This document shows positions 11,429-24,651 of a stretch of DNA of 64,000 nucleotides, piece after piece. A model generated the notes under the pieces. It saw only the letters and a program-made list of their open reading frames with translations. It did not search any database and had not been told where the DNA came from. Position 1 is the stretch's first letter, and each line of letters begins with the position of its first letter. Position numbers and translations under genes: made by a program. Origin of the DNA: Atractiella rhizophila (taxonomy: Eukaryota); assembly GCA_021432655.1 (NCBI GenBank), contig MU271339.1, positions 1 through 64,000 of the forward strand, in the 5' to 3' direction.

Positions 11429-13721
11429 ATGAGCTCTCGAGCTCCCACTCCTCCACAATCCAGTCTCGCGCCCATTTCAAATCAACTGAAAGTAACGCCG
11501 CGACGTACCACCAGTCGCTCCAGCTGTCACAGCCAAGCTTCGCAGAGCGAAGGGGCGGATGAAGCGAAACTTTCTGCCGCTCAAGAAATGAAGGGACGCT
11601 TTGTCTACATGGATGTCGAGGCGTTCTTGGACTTGTTGCCGCCTGGTCCTGTCATGCCCGAACCGACAGCCCCTCCAACCCTCTCCGACAATGAGAATTT
11701 CGAGCATTATAACCCTTCTCTTCCGTTACCATGACTCCATATTTATGTGCATTCTTAGATCGAGTATATGTCTTCATTCGTGGGGGATTGGAAACTAGCG
11801 AATACGAGCCAGTCCAACGATGGCCGGTGCTTTGCGCCAGTGTTTGGGTCTGATCGTGGTAAACCGGATGTCACTCTTTACCATCCGTCATGTGAAATCG
11901 AGCAGAGCGATGAGGGTACCAAGGGCTACAAGGCCGACATGACACGGGCAGAATTGTTTGGGGAATTCAAAGTCAAAAAGGAAAGCGATCCTTTAGAAGA
12001 CACAGTCGACCTGGGGACTCGCGCCAGAGGCATTGTAGAGACGGAGAGCCAGACGGGACAGAAGACACGCGGCCAGATCATCATCTACAGTACGATGGTG
12101 CTATCGAGTCAACAACGAACTCGTGTTTTCTCGTTTTACGTGCGAGGTCATCACGCGAGATTAATCTGCCACTCACGTGCTGGCTTTCAAGTTACGCATT
12201 CTTTTGATTACTCAAAGGATGCCTATCTTCAAGAGTTCTTCTGGAGATATACGAACGCCAACCGAGAGGCTCGTGGACACGACGTGACCTTCGTCCTAAC
12301 CCCAAACGGTCAAGCGTCCGACCGCGCTCGAGAAGTGTTGAAGCTCAGCACGAATGCACCTCTCTTTACGGTCTCAGTCGGAATGACGGGTGCAGAAGCT
12401 AGACAGTTTTACGTTTCGACACCGTTCACGTACCGACATAACGTCCCAGTCGGTCGCGGAACGAGATGCTTTCGAGCATTTGATCCAGAAGGAGCTACTG
12501 ACGAAGAACAGCGAGTTTTCTTGAAAGATACGTGGCGCAACGTCGGATACGCTAAGGCAGAAGGAGAAATCTACGAGCTGTTGAAAGAGAAAGGAGTACC
12601 GCACGTTCTGAAGCCCGTCGCTCATGGTGATGTCCCTGGAATGCTGCAGCTCGCTTCTGTAGGGGAGAAATCTCTCCGTCACTATCGATTGGTTTTGGAC
12701 AAGGTCGTCCGTCCGCTGTGGGAGTTCCCATCCACGAAATGCTTGATTCAGGCTCTAGCTGATGCTCTCGAAGGCAAGTAAATTTTCTTGACAACACCAA
12801 GTTCTCATCTGGCCATTTTAGCTCATCAGAAAGCCTTCGATTCTTCCGGCGGTCAAGCTTCGATCCTTCACAGAGATATATCTGAAGGCAACATTCTCTT
12901 TGACGACAACAGACGCGGTTTCCTTTGTGATTGGGAGCTGGCCAGGGTAGGGGAGGGTACTTCGGAGGCGAACGAGCGAACTGTAGGTGTTCCTGTCTGA
13001 TGTGAATGCCATAGTTGACGTTCAGTAGGGAACAGAGGAATTCATGTCCCTACGTCTCCTAGCGAGCATGGTGGATGATTCGCCTATGGAACATGAAGTG
13101 CAAGACGATATGGAGTCCATGGTCTATGTTCTTTTGTGGTCCGCCGCTTCGTACGCAGCCAGCAACATGAACCCCTACGAACGCGGACGATTCCTCTCTA
13201 ACTTTGATAGAGTACCGTTCCACGAACTATCTGCATCGGTCGAGGCAAGAAGGATGGTGATCGGATCGCAATCAACTGTTGAAAGCCTTAAACTCTCGGC
13301 TGCGCTGGCATTCAAGGAAGTCCTAGAGGAAGTGATGACGGCCTTGAGACTGTCAGTTCTTGGATTGAGTAGGGAGCTGAAGGAGGCGAAGAAGACGATC
13401 ATCCGGTTGACACTAGAGAAGCAGGGACCATTTACAGAGGAAGAAGTCGAGGCCGTGGCTGTTCGCGAGGAAAAGAGGCTACGCTCTCAGATGGGGACGC
13501 ACGACTGCTTACGAAAGATATTGAGGCGCTCGCTTCTTTTGGGTGACTGGGGAGATGAGAAGGATAAGGCCTACAATCACGAGGTTAGGCGTCCTGGTCA
13601 GAAGATACGAAAGAGGAAGGGAACGGCGTTGCCATCCAGTCAAGCTTCCAAACAATTGAGAGGACCCGGAAGTGGGCACATTGTGAAGGTAGCTAAAGGG
13701 CAGATGGCACTTTCAGAGTAA
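11429..13721 (+). CDS. Fungal-type protein kinase (FunK1 / Pkinase_fungal family)
   Basis: Motifs GRGTR, FLKDTWR, RHYRLVL, ILHRDISEGNIL, GFLCDWELA, RTGTEEFMSLRLL and HEVQDDMESMVYVLLW. Introns 12774-12821 (GC-AG) and 12983-13028; the first intron donor (~11710-11725) is unclear. Confidence 0.92.
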
Positions 13722-14269
13722 TTTATGGTTAAGAAATGATCCTTTCAATTTGATACAATTGTGATGCCCTTCCACAAACTGAAAGTCGCCAGGTTCCCTC
13801 TCGACAATCCACTTCACCCCCAGCCCTTTCCAAGTGAGGTCATTCCAACGATCTTTCAGTGGCTCTGCTTATATCACTTCGCGGCGGAACTGTTCCGTCA
13901 GGACATTTTGTAGGGTTAGTGTACGCAGAAGAAGGAGAGAGAGATGATCCTGCTCGGGTTTACAGGTCTGTCCCTTTTCCGCTCAACTCCTGGCTATATC
14001 TCAGTAAAGGGGTTATATGGAGCCCGGACATAAATTATTCTTGGCCTGTTGCAGTGTTCAAAAAGTTGTGAGTCCTATGGTGCGAAGCGCCTAGTCCCAA
14101 CCAAAGTGTCCAATTCTGAAACTCAACATGCAATACTGACCCTATGGACTATGCCTCTTGTAAATATGTTGCTTTACCTGTCTAAATGAAAACTACAAAA
14201 CAAATTTTCGATTGCATTCTTCCTGCTGAAAAGTTCTTTTTTTCCGCACACGGCACTCATCCTTCATTT

Positions 14270-17148
14270 CTATGAGGCAACGACAGTTAACAAAGCACTA
14301 CCATCACTCCGAGCGAAACATCAACGAGGAGATGATGCACTCATTGTACACAGATCCTCCGAGTACCCGAAGCGACCTTTCAGATCTATCTACACACCGC
14401 AGGTCGTTGGCAGTCTTCTATGACTTCCTCAAGAACAAGAAAGACAATGGGCTGGAAATTACACTGGAGGATCTTGACAAGGCCTCTGGCAAAATGAAGG
14501 CTTGTCCTTCGTTCCTTTACTATTTCAGTTTTGATCTCACAAGATGACTTAGATCACGGATGGTGAGAGCAAGCATGCTCTTTTGAAGACTGAGCGCATT
14601 GATCAGATCCTGAATCGCTTGGAGCAACAGTACGGGTCACAGGTGGGTCCATTAATTTGGCGAGAGTCGGCTTGCTTGACATCCTTATAGCAGTTTGAGC
14701 AACAGGTCTTCGATGACCTTCTCCAAAAGTTCATTGTATCTACCGACCAAGCCTTCTCGCTAACAGAAAACCCTGAGTTCAGGGAGCTCATCCAATATGT
14801 CCACTGGACACGGTCAACGCTAAAAGAGACTACTGTGATGAGAGGGTTAGATGAGCTTCCTACCGATTTGAAAGATGCGGGAAAGAAGCTAGAGTTTCCG
14901 AGTCGGAAGGTTAAAGGAGAGAATTATTAAGATGTCGGAGCAGGGGATGAATGAGCTGGGAGACAGTTTACGTGTAAGTTTCCCGTTTGTTTTGAGGCCA
15001 TAAACTCACGCAAAGCTCAGCATATGGAAACTAAGATCCATCTGTCCTTGGATGCATGGACATCAACCCCGTCCTGTTATTCATTCTTCGCCATCATTGG
15101 CCATTTCATCAACGATGACTGGGAGTTAGAGCAGATCTGCCTTGACATCTCTGAGCTCTTGGGCAGTCATACAGGGGACAACATGGCGGAAGTTGTAATG
15201 AAGTGCTTGGATAGATATGAGATTGCTCATATGGTTAGTCCTTCATTGTAAACTTCTGCAGTACTCATGGTCATTATAAAGCTTGGAATCTTGATGACCG
15301 ATGGTGCCAGCAACAACAACACGCTGGTTGATGGGGTTGCTACTCGTCTTGCAAAGAAGGGGATCTATTTGACCCTGATGAACGCCTTCTGAACTGCATG
15401 CCGCATATTGTTCATCTTGCTGCTATTGTTCTTCTCGATGCTCTCGATGTCTGGCCGAAGGAGACAAAGAGACCCGTTGCTGTCGCTAGTTATCAAGATG
15501 TGTTATGACACTGGATGATGGGAGTGATGGCCAGCTAGGTGAAGACGAGTTGACTGGAGAGGAAGTCCTTGTCACAAAGCTCAAAGGAGCAATACCCAAG
15601 GTCAATTTTTTGCCCGTCATCACATACATAAACTGATGCCCCTCCGTCTAGCTTCGAGCCATGATCAAGCATTTGCATAGTTCCTCCCAAAGGCGAAAGA
15701 GCTGGTTGGAACTATTACAAGATTCACTTGATAGCCTTGAGAGTATGTCTGGAGAGACGCTTAGAATGTTGATTCTTGATGTGTGCACACGTTGGGGGTC
15801 GACACATGATATGCTTGATCTCGCAATAAGGTGTCGTGAACCGCTGAAAGCTTATTTGGATAGGCACGACCTTGAATTGCTTTCCTTGACTGAACAGGAA
15901 TGGAAGGCGATTGAACTTGTATGATGAGCCATTCATAACTGTGTCTGTGTTGCTAAGATGTCATGTGAAACAGGTAGCTGCTTGGTTAGAGGTCTTTCGG
16001 CATGCGACATTTGATATGACGATAACCAAGAACTCTTGCTTGTCCCAGACACTTGGTGTCTTCCACGGCCTTCTTAATCATCTTGAAACCTCAATTCGAC
16101 AGCTTCCCACCAATATCGATATAAAATATAGGGGATCACTGGTGGAGGCTTACAACAAGCTTGCAACTTGGCATCTTAAGTCAGATGCTTCTCCGTATCT
16201 TGTTTATTCCATTTGTAAGTCAGATGCTTCTCCGTATCTTGTTTATTCCATTTGTAAGTCTCTTAGAAACATCACGATTAATATTGTTAAATTTCATTAC
16301 TGCACAGTTCTAAATACTTCGATTTGCCAGTCTTCTCTGATACAGATCGGAAAGCCATTGAGAAGCATAAGGACAACTTCCATCAACTCTTTAGAATAGG
16401 ATATTTCAACACACCGACTGTCGAAGGTCTTGAGAAAGATTATCGAGCATGCCCAGAACAAGCCGAACCAAAGAAAAGGAAATGCATCAACCTCGCTGCT
16501 GCTCTAATAACGCCTCATTCTGCCACGAGGATTTCTCAACCTCAAGACTTAGCGCAAAAAGAGCTTGATTACCTCTTCCGCCATGAACATCTTCCTTGGG
16601 AGTCTGATCCCCTGCAGTTTTGGAAAGAAGAATCAAAGAAGAACCTTCCAAACCTTTGTTGCATGGCTCGTGATATCCTTTCCATTCCAGGTATGTCCAT
16701 GCACCCACGCACTCAGAGCAGATTGTTGATAAATGAATGTTCATTACAGGTAGTGCAGTTGCAGTGGAGCGTATTTTCTCTAGCGCCCGCGATAAATTGG
16801 AATGCGAAGGGCTCGTTTGGACCCAGAGTCCATCCGTGCCCTAACGTTCCTCAAAGTCTCTCTCAGAACGGAGCAGGAGCACAAGCTAGCTTCCCTTAAA
16901 AAAGAGATGGAGGCGGTCGTAATTAGTAATGTGTGAATCAAAGCATGATATTTATGGGTTCGTACACAATGTAGCCATTCTTTGACCTTCATCCCAAACC
17001 GTCCGCACCGTCAAGACCCGTCTCGTCCTTTGAACCGCCCAACCTCACCATCTAAGGACGATAGGACGGGACGGGACGAGGACGAAAAATACAACGTCCG
17101 TCCAGACGACCTAAAAGCCGGCTGTGGACCGGACGATAGCCATCCCTA
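14270..17148 (+). mobile_element. Degenerate hAT transposon (third family); 3' terminus retained, 5' end not found
   Basis: HLSLDAWTS, MTDGASNN, CMPHIVHL, LILDVCTRWGSTHDML, DPLQFWKEE..LCCMARDILSIPG..AVERIFS. Ends in CCGTC/GACGG-rich subterminal DNA and ..GCCATCCCTA (17148). Frameshifts present. Confidence 0.88.
16177..16260. repeat. 39-bp perfect tandem duplication
   Basis: TAAGTCAGATGCTTCTCCGTATCTTGTTTATTCCATTTG x2 (KSDASPYLVYSIC twice). Confidence 0.97.
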
Positions 17149-17363
17149 CCGGTAACAATACAAGCAGAAGAGGTGGAGGTAGTGGTGTAGATTCTGTGGG
17201 GAGGGCAGAGGGTAACTGCTACGACAACGTCGATAGTAAGGACAGATCGAGGATGATAACGTCATTGAGCAGAGTGGAATGGGGAGGGGCTGGAGACGGA
17301 TTAGGGTGAACAGGGGCAGGTTAAACAGATGGCATTGGCAATGTAGTTTGAGGATAGGGGGAA

Positions 17364-17723
17364 TGTAATGCGATTATCCATTTCAAGAGAAAAATCTAGC
17401 AAACCTAGGCAGTGACTGAGACACGACTAGAACAGCACTGGACGTGCACTGGCGAAGCACTGATTCTTGGCACTGAGGCAACACTGACAAGGCACACGAT
17501 GGGCACTAAAAGCACCAGAAATCATTTCAAGGAAAAGCACCCACTAGGCACTAAAAGCACCAAAGTTGCACTGCTGTGGAGCCATATTTCGGCCTAAATC
17601 TGCTCTCAGCATGCACTGTTTTAGCTGGTAGTGCCTTGAGTGACTAGGTCGGCACTAAGCCACCCCTGCAAGGTTCCAAGGAGTACTCACACCTTGTACA
17701 GCTTCCCACTAAGAACTGCTACA
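17364..17723 (+). repeat. Candidate LTR (TGTA...TACA) of a decayed LTR retrotransposon
   Basis: Preceded by the purine tract GAGGATAGGGGGAA, bounded by TGTA/TACA, and followed by a PBS-like TGGCGAGC and a pyrimidine-rich leader up to the ATG hit by the CACTA insertion. No second copy seen. Confidence 0.4.
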
Positions 17724-18399
17724 GGTGGCGAGCTTGCGGCTAAACACTGCCGCTTCCCTCATCAAACACTGGCACCTCGGAAAACTTACATCCAAGATCC
17801 CACCTGTCTTGCCTCTCTTCATCCCCCCACTCCCCATCCATCATAATCTTACATCTCATCAACAACGTACCACCTCTACCCCCAATACCAACATCTCATC
17901 AACTTTCACCCATCATGACACTCTATGAAAACAGGGTTCGGTAAGAATTCAGTCAGTTCCGTCAAAAGCCAGTTACTGCGCGGGCGAAGTTCAGTCTGCC
18001 AAAAGTGACTGAATGTTCGACAGTCCGATGTCAGCAGTTTTTCAGCTCCGTTTCGGTGTTGGTGCTTGTATCAACGCCGTCCGTCGTCTGTCGACGAGGT
18101 TCTCAGCTCATATTGCACTTCTTGTTCTAGCGCACAAGTACCAGCAGTAGGCATCAGAAAGTCAGAAGGTATCGTCCCACTGTCACGTTTGTGTATTGTG
18201 TAAACTGATAGATATTGTCTTTCGCAGGTGGGTTCCCTTCACTACTTCCGACGACGCCTCTCCCCTCCACGTTCCTCCCGTTCGCTGACAACTGGGATCT
18301 GTTTTTCGCACCGTATTTGTAATGGAATGGAGAGTGACGGAGAGGGATTTAATGATTGTATTTGCATGGCTTTCATCGATGAGCTTTTTGTCGGTAGGT

Positions 18400-21300
18400 C
18401 AGTCTTTGGTGTTGGATTTTCAAACAGAGGCGCCGCATATCAAATAGATTCTGTATCTCAGATCTTGCTATCTTTAAGATAATATTATATTACTCTGTAT
18501 CCTCCTCCAAGCGGCTGTCTACATTGTAGGTCCAAGGATTCTTCTTGAGAACATAAAGTTTGGACGGAAGAGGTGGCCGGTTGGAAGATGCCAATCAAGT
18601 CTTTGACTGCGCTGCCCAAGGCTTCGTCCCACCTTCCCAAAAGAGTCTCTCCTGGGAGATTTTGTGCAGCAGAAATACAACGGCTGACAACAATGTGTGT
18701 TGCACTGGAAACTGCTAGATTGGCGGGCAATCTTATGTATATTATTGCCTCGGCATATCCTTCCCTCCCGCCATATTCATACTTTCCATAAATCAGTCAA
18801 GCTATGGGAGACAATAGATCGCATGACTTACAACAAAGCGACGCGCTCGCCTTATAGCATTACGTTGCCGACTTTCATTTTCCAATGAGCGAACCACTGT
18901 TCCGTCTGCAAGATGCATCTTCCCCGACTTCTCTGATTGAGAATATATCCTAGCAACGTCTTCACTTTCATATTCAGTTCCCATAACAGACGTAAGGTAA
19001 GACTGAAGTGCGGTTAAGATGCCGCTTTCAAGAGCAGAATCAAACGTCCTAGACCATTTGGCGGAAAAAAGTATTTGTTCTTTTTGTCGGTTTAGGAGAG
19101 TTGTCAACATGAGGAATGTAGAGCTTGAGAATATTCAGTTGTTCGCGCCGGATCAGGTTATTCGCTAGTTCGGCATATGGCAGTCTTCGTGAACCCCCTC
19201 AAATCCAGTGCAAAAGCCGCTCATGAAGGAACCTGCACTTTGAAGTTGTGATAAAGAGGCGGCATGGATGTTTGTGATGATTTTGACTGCAGAGACAAAT
19301 TTCGTCCAATGTTGTATGAGCTTGATGTGGAAGCCAACTTCCAGCAATATGGGAATGGAATACCAATGCACCCATCCAAGCCACTCGTATATTGAATATC
19401 GCGTATTGCGGAACTTGTCTAGATTGCGAATGCGGTTTGAGAAGCGTGCTGGCAAATCAATTACCGCGTTGTCCATAAGCTCACCAACAAGGATTTTCTG
19501 ATCTGTAGAAAGAAGATGTCGGTCTCCTTCAACAGGGCTCCGCTCCATAAGTCCCATAGATGGGGAGTTACATTCTCATAGAGAAGGTGGGCAAGATCCG
19601 GTGGAAAGAAGAAAGTTGGGAAGAAAGTCGCAAGCCTGGACCAGATTACACACTTTACAATTCCAAACTCAGTTCGTAGCTTTTCTCTTCGTGTCTGATT
19701 TGGTGCATTTTCGATTTGTTCAAGATATTCGAAATAGGACTCGTTTGTTCGAAGAGGGAGAGCATCTGGATTATAAGTGTCCGGTCGATTTGCGTTAAGG
19801 TTCGTAAAGGGAGACAGCTGGTCATAACCCTGAAGCGAGGTGTCGTCAGAGGAAAGTAGTTGGTCCTGACATTTGGTGCAGGCCGACATCCTCTCAATAG
19901 ACAAAACCTGCACCCACGAACCCCCTGGTGTCCTGTCATTCCATTCATCTTCTGGGAACCAGGCATATCGGCACAACATGCGCAAAGGTATCCTTTCCAT
20001 AGGAAGGGACGTTCTTCTACGCTATCCCACATCCACACTCCTAGAGATGCTCGCGCAAAATCTTCCACAAATGGATAGAAAAAACTCTCGATATTGACAG
20101 GAGGGTTTGGCCCAGGAATGGCAGCAATTGGCAGCTCGATTGTGTCCTGCATCCTGCCCTCTTCTGCAGGAACATTAAAGATTTGAAGCATAATCATCCA
20201 AACCTCTCCTTTCTTCTTCATGCTAAGCTGAGCACCATCAGTGGACAGGGAGAATAACCCGGTACGAGGATCATCGGAGAGGTTCAGACATTGTTATAAC
20301 GTTTGAAGAAGTTCACCATCCGCCAAATCCTTATATACTCGATCCGCTTCGTTTGCCAAAGCGAGGCCTTGCATCAGAGTTCTGTAGTTGCTCCGCATCA
20401 ATGCCGCCATTCTTCGATCGGCAAAGTAGGCACGGACTCGATTGAGAAAGTCCAGAGTAAGGTATTCGTGTTGCGGTTTAGGATGTTCTCTGCCTTCCCT
20501 AGGGCGATAACGAGGTGCGTTACACTTGACTACCTTGCCATCGATATTCCGCACACAGGGACAGAACTTCAAATGATCATATGGCCCAATAAATGCCATG
20601 CAAGAGTTCACACACATGTCGTGCCGGCGAGGTGACACTCTGGTGAGTTGCTCGATATGTTTGGTCGTTTCGTAAAGTGACAGAATTTTGTTGCCTTGTG
20701 CACGCAGATTATTTGCATATCGATTGTACTGCTCAACTGTTCCATTGGTTTTGGCCCAAGCATACCAGTGGCGAAGGCTTGGAAGTAGCTCTTCGTCGTC
20801 AGGAAAAACTGATGGCAGGAAAGTGGGTAGATCTGGTGGAGGATTGTCGGGAGGTAGAAGGTGAGGAAGTTCTTGCTTGAGTTCCTCATACCGACGTCGG
20901 AAACTCTGTGCAATCCACTCGTCCGGATCGATGCCACCTTGATCATGTCCCTCACTACCACTCTCAGGATTGGCCACCCCCTCACCGCCATCTTCAATGT
21001 CTGATCCCTCTAATCCTGCCGAATTCTCCACGTCTTCTTCTTCGGATTCTCCTGCCATGTACGATCCCACCTGCACGTCTGCAAAATAATATTGCCCATC
21101 TAGATGCAGGTCCAGTTCATCGTCCGACTCTTGATCTTCATTATCCTCTATTATGGCTTGATGGAGAGGAGAAGGAGAAAGGGTTGAGAGTGTGGAGAGG
21201 TCGTGATGTACATCAGTTGGAGTATTTTTCGAGCTGCAAGGCAATTAGCGGATTGTCAGGTGAATGAATATAAGTGCGTACCTTCCTAGGCTAGATGCTA

Positions 21301-21613
21301 TTACCTCCAGCATGAGTTCTGCATGTTGTTCTTCTGGAGTCTCGTCTCCATCATCTCTCTGATTTTCAAGTGCTTGCTGTCTTCTTAAAGCAGATATGGC
21401 TGTATAGGTTGCCGGCGGTACTTAGTTGAAGAAATCCAGAGCCACCTGCAACTCTGACATAATAGGGAGACCCTGTGAGTGCAAACGTTGTGCGAGAGTG
21501 AGATCTTTTTTGCGATGCTCTCGAATAGTTCTGGGATCAAGCCAAACTGGCTGTCCATTCCGCTTTTCACAATACCTTTTGGAATAACAGAGACAGGGCT
21601 CTTTGGCTCGCAT
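18400..21613 (-). pseudogene. Tnp2/Transposase_21-like transposase, disrupted
   Basis: DMCVNSCMAFIGP..CP..C..PRY, FSLSTDGAQL, IPGPNPPVNIESF, DMPGSQKMNGMTGHQGVRGCRFC, PDLAHLLYENV, YSIYEWLGWVHWYSIP. In-frame TAA at 20294 and frameshifts near 19850 and 19530. Confidence 0.88.
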
Positions 21614-21787
21614 TCTGATGTCAATTCTGCCCTGGCATAAAGCTATTGGTAAAGAAGAGTTTTGAAGAGATTGCTTCTGATTTATTTGCAGATAATTGAC
21701 TAGCCGGCACCATGTAGAATCACGTGCAGCTACAGTGCAAAAAATACTTTTTTTTTACTTTCCAAAACAGCCACTGACCTTCTCAAG

Positions 21788-24300
21788 ATGTCTTCAGACT
21801 CAACACCACACGCTACATTGTCGAACAGCGACTTGTCAGCACTTTTAGGATCATCCCTGGCCTTTATGGCCAAGGAACCCATTCAACCGCTGTCTCATTC
21901 AATGCCCTTGCACTCCACCAACCCCAAATCTCTCCTCCAACAACCTTTTACTCCTCCTTAGTTCGTTCCTTGAAAATCAAGACAATTTCAAGGCTTGTAT
22001 TGCTGAGGCAGACCAGGACAGACTGTATCAACGAAGTCAAATTGTGGACTTGGAGGCAAAGAATCAGGAACTGCAACTAAAGAACTGCGAACTGGACTCG
22101 CTCACAAAATGTGTGTCTTTCTTGTTCTACTTTCATTTCAATGACAGCGTGGTGGAGTGTTTACAACACCACAACCAATGCATCGCCCACCTGAATATCC
22201 AATCGAAGTGTTGTGGGATGAGAAAGATGCAAAGGATGTGCCTGATGCAGAGTGGAAGGCAAAAAATCCAACCTGCTTTGCTAATAGCCGTCTGCTGCGT
22301 AACCCAGATGGGTCAAAATATTCATCAGATGAAGTCAGACAGGTAGAGGATGTGTTTCTACCTGTTGCGATCGCTGTCATGTTGCAGAAAATCCCGGTGG
22401 ACTCTTTTCCAGATAAAAAACTATCTCAGTTTCTTAAAGGGCATCCGCATGTCATCCAGCCTGGTTGTCAATCTCTAGTCAGCTCAGATTCCAGAATTGG
22501 CCTATGTTATAATAACTGGAAGGCAAAGAAGCTCATTCAAAACTATATTGCGAATCGGAATGATGCTCAGAGAAAGAAGGAGAAAAAAGGCTTGTCAAGA
22601 GCAAGAAATCAAGCAGACAGGACAAACACTTTGGTGTGTATTGCTTTTGAACATTCTTTGCTGAGTAACGAACATGGTTTGTTATTCGATAGCCTGAAGT
22701 AGAAATTATTTCAAACTTGCATATACCGGTAAGCTTAGTTCCATCCTCAATGTAAACCTTTCTTGATTGGAGCTGGTGCAGGGAAACATACAAAAATTTC
22801 CGGAAACAACCGCAACAAACTGGCCCCATGTTTGTCTCTTTGTTGATTGATTGGTATTGATTACAGCTGCTACAGAGCACTTCATCAGATTACCACCCAA
22901 ACTTCCCTCCCCAGGCAACCGTTCAAAGTGCAGTCAAGAGCAAACGTATGTGCTTTATCCACATTGGCCAGATTCTAACCAGTTTGGTAGCCTCAGTCCA
23001 AAATGTCAGTAGAATCCGAAACACCCACTGCTTTGGCAGCGCTTGCCAATGTAGCGATTGATATTGATCTGTCTCCCACTGGTACGCACTTTTTTCGCAC
23101 GTGGGTAACCACCTTCAAGTTTCTGACCTCTATACTGTAAAAAGTTTCGAATGTTAAGAGTAAGTGCCTTTCTCCGCCTGCTGTCCTGCTCATAACGCTG
23201 CAGGACTATTTTCCACTCGCCTTCCATCCGTTCCTTGTGTAACGGAGTTGCTTCAACTTGTCAGAGAGCTGGAGGATCTCAATTTCCCATCTCAACCTGC
23301 TCATCCCGCTCTGGAACATATTATCCGGCAGCTTTCTACGGCCCAGGATAATCCTGACGATGAAGACCATGGCGGCTTTATGTTTTTACATGATGTTCTG
23401 AGCTTGAATTGGAGGACTCACACAAAGAGCTACGATTCTTTAGGTTCTCTGACCAACATTTTACGCTTACTTGCAGGTCTGGGACGCTCGATTATTATTT
23501 CACGCACATCCTCTCTACAGATATCGAAAACGCCGGAAGCGACTCAGGTTCAAAAAGAGAACGGGGGGAAATCCCTCTTGGACGCATACGCACCACAAGT
23601 TGTCGAGATGCTGCTCACTACTCTCTATGAAGAACATGCAAAGAGGGTCCCGGGCAAGAAACTTGTGAGTACCTCAATTCCGCTTCCCCATTAGCGTTGA
23701 TTAGCAGGATGCAACAGAAGACACGCATGGCAATGTCTAACGTCAGTGGCAGCAATGTCAATACCTTGAAAAGAAAGCGTCAGGTATGTTCTAACTTAAA
23801 CAAAGAACTTCACTGATGAAGGGTAATACTACAGGACATAGAAACAAGCGTAATCACCCAAGAGGGCTCTACCACTGCTGTTTTGATGGAATCCAAACAA
23901 GACAGGGTTGTTGAGCCTGAAGGAAAGAAGAAACGGGTAATTAAACTGAAAGTACCTCCGTCCGATGGCAGTAACCCCCTCTCGAAGGCAAGTTGTTCAC
24001 TCCTCTCTGCATTTTTTCCAATAAATTTCCTCTTTGCAGCGAACGAGATCAAAAAGAGTAACCGGCGCCTCGAGTAACGGCAGTGGTGAAGCCGAAGTAT
24101 AATCACAGGTACACATCTAATTTTCATCATAAGAACAGCAAGCTGACATGACATTGGACAGGATTCTCCTTCTTTGTAGTGAGTCCCCTGTGCTGCATCT
24201 GCTGAAACAAACCAAATAGTTATTACAGATACTCCTCTCCCACCACAGTGCTGTCTGGCACATCCCTCATGCAACGTTCCAGATCCTTCTCAGACTGACA
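21788..24300 (+). pseudogene. Divergently transcribed accessory gene of the CACTA-like element (unknown function, fragmented)
   Basis: Series of + strand exon-like ORFs (22044, 22157, 23164, 23883) with GT-AG breaks inside the TIRs, head-to-head with the transposase. Early stop at ~21959. Confidence 0.55.
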
Positions 24301-24651
24301 TTGGATCATTTCTTCATACAGATCAATCAAAGTCCAACCACTTTATACTTATATAGTAGAGGTATAATGAATTGCAAATGCATAGTATTGAATATCCAAC
24401 GATGATGATGACCAGGAAATTAACTGAGGCGTATTGAATTTCAACTGAATATGAGTGAAAACCAACTGACTAAGGCTAGTGAGTTCCGTGCTGAGCGTAC
24501 TGAATATTCACTGTAGCACACTGAGTTAAAAGTCGTTTCGATTGGCACAAACTGAAGTCTGGTCAGTCAAAATTCGATCACAACTCAAGCACTGACTTCG
24601 CGCTGACATCCAACTGACAAACGATGGAATCCGTTTTCATAGAGCATGACA

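Larger units (their letters stand above)
17921..24644 (-). mobile_element. CACTA/EnSpm-like (Transposase_21/Tnp2-type) DNA transposon, 6.7 kb, with two divergent genes
   Basis: Perfect 12-bp TIR CTCTATGAAAAC / GTTTTCATAGAG, flanked by direct CATGACA (17914-17920 and 24645-24651). TCAGT/ACTGA subterminal motifs at both ends. Confidence 0.9.

Noticed and set aside
96..14000. Telomere-linked RecQ helicase (TLH) gene
   Set aside because: No DEAH/RecQ motifs were seen. The only helicase in the window is the Helitron PIF1 at ~62-63.6 kb.
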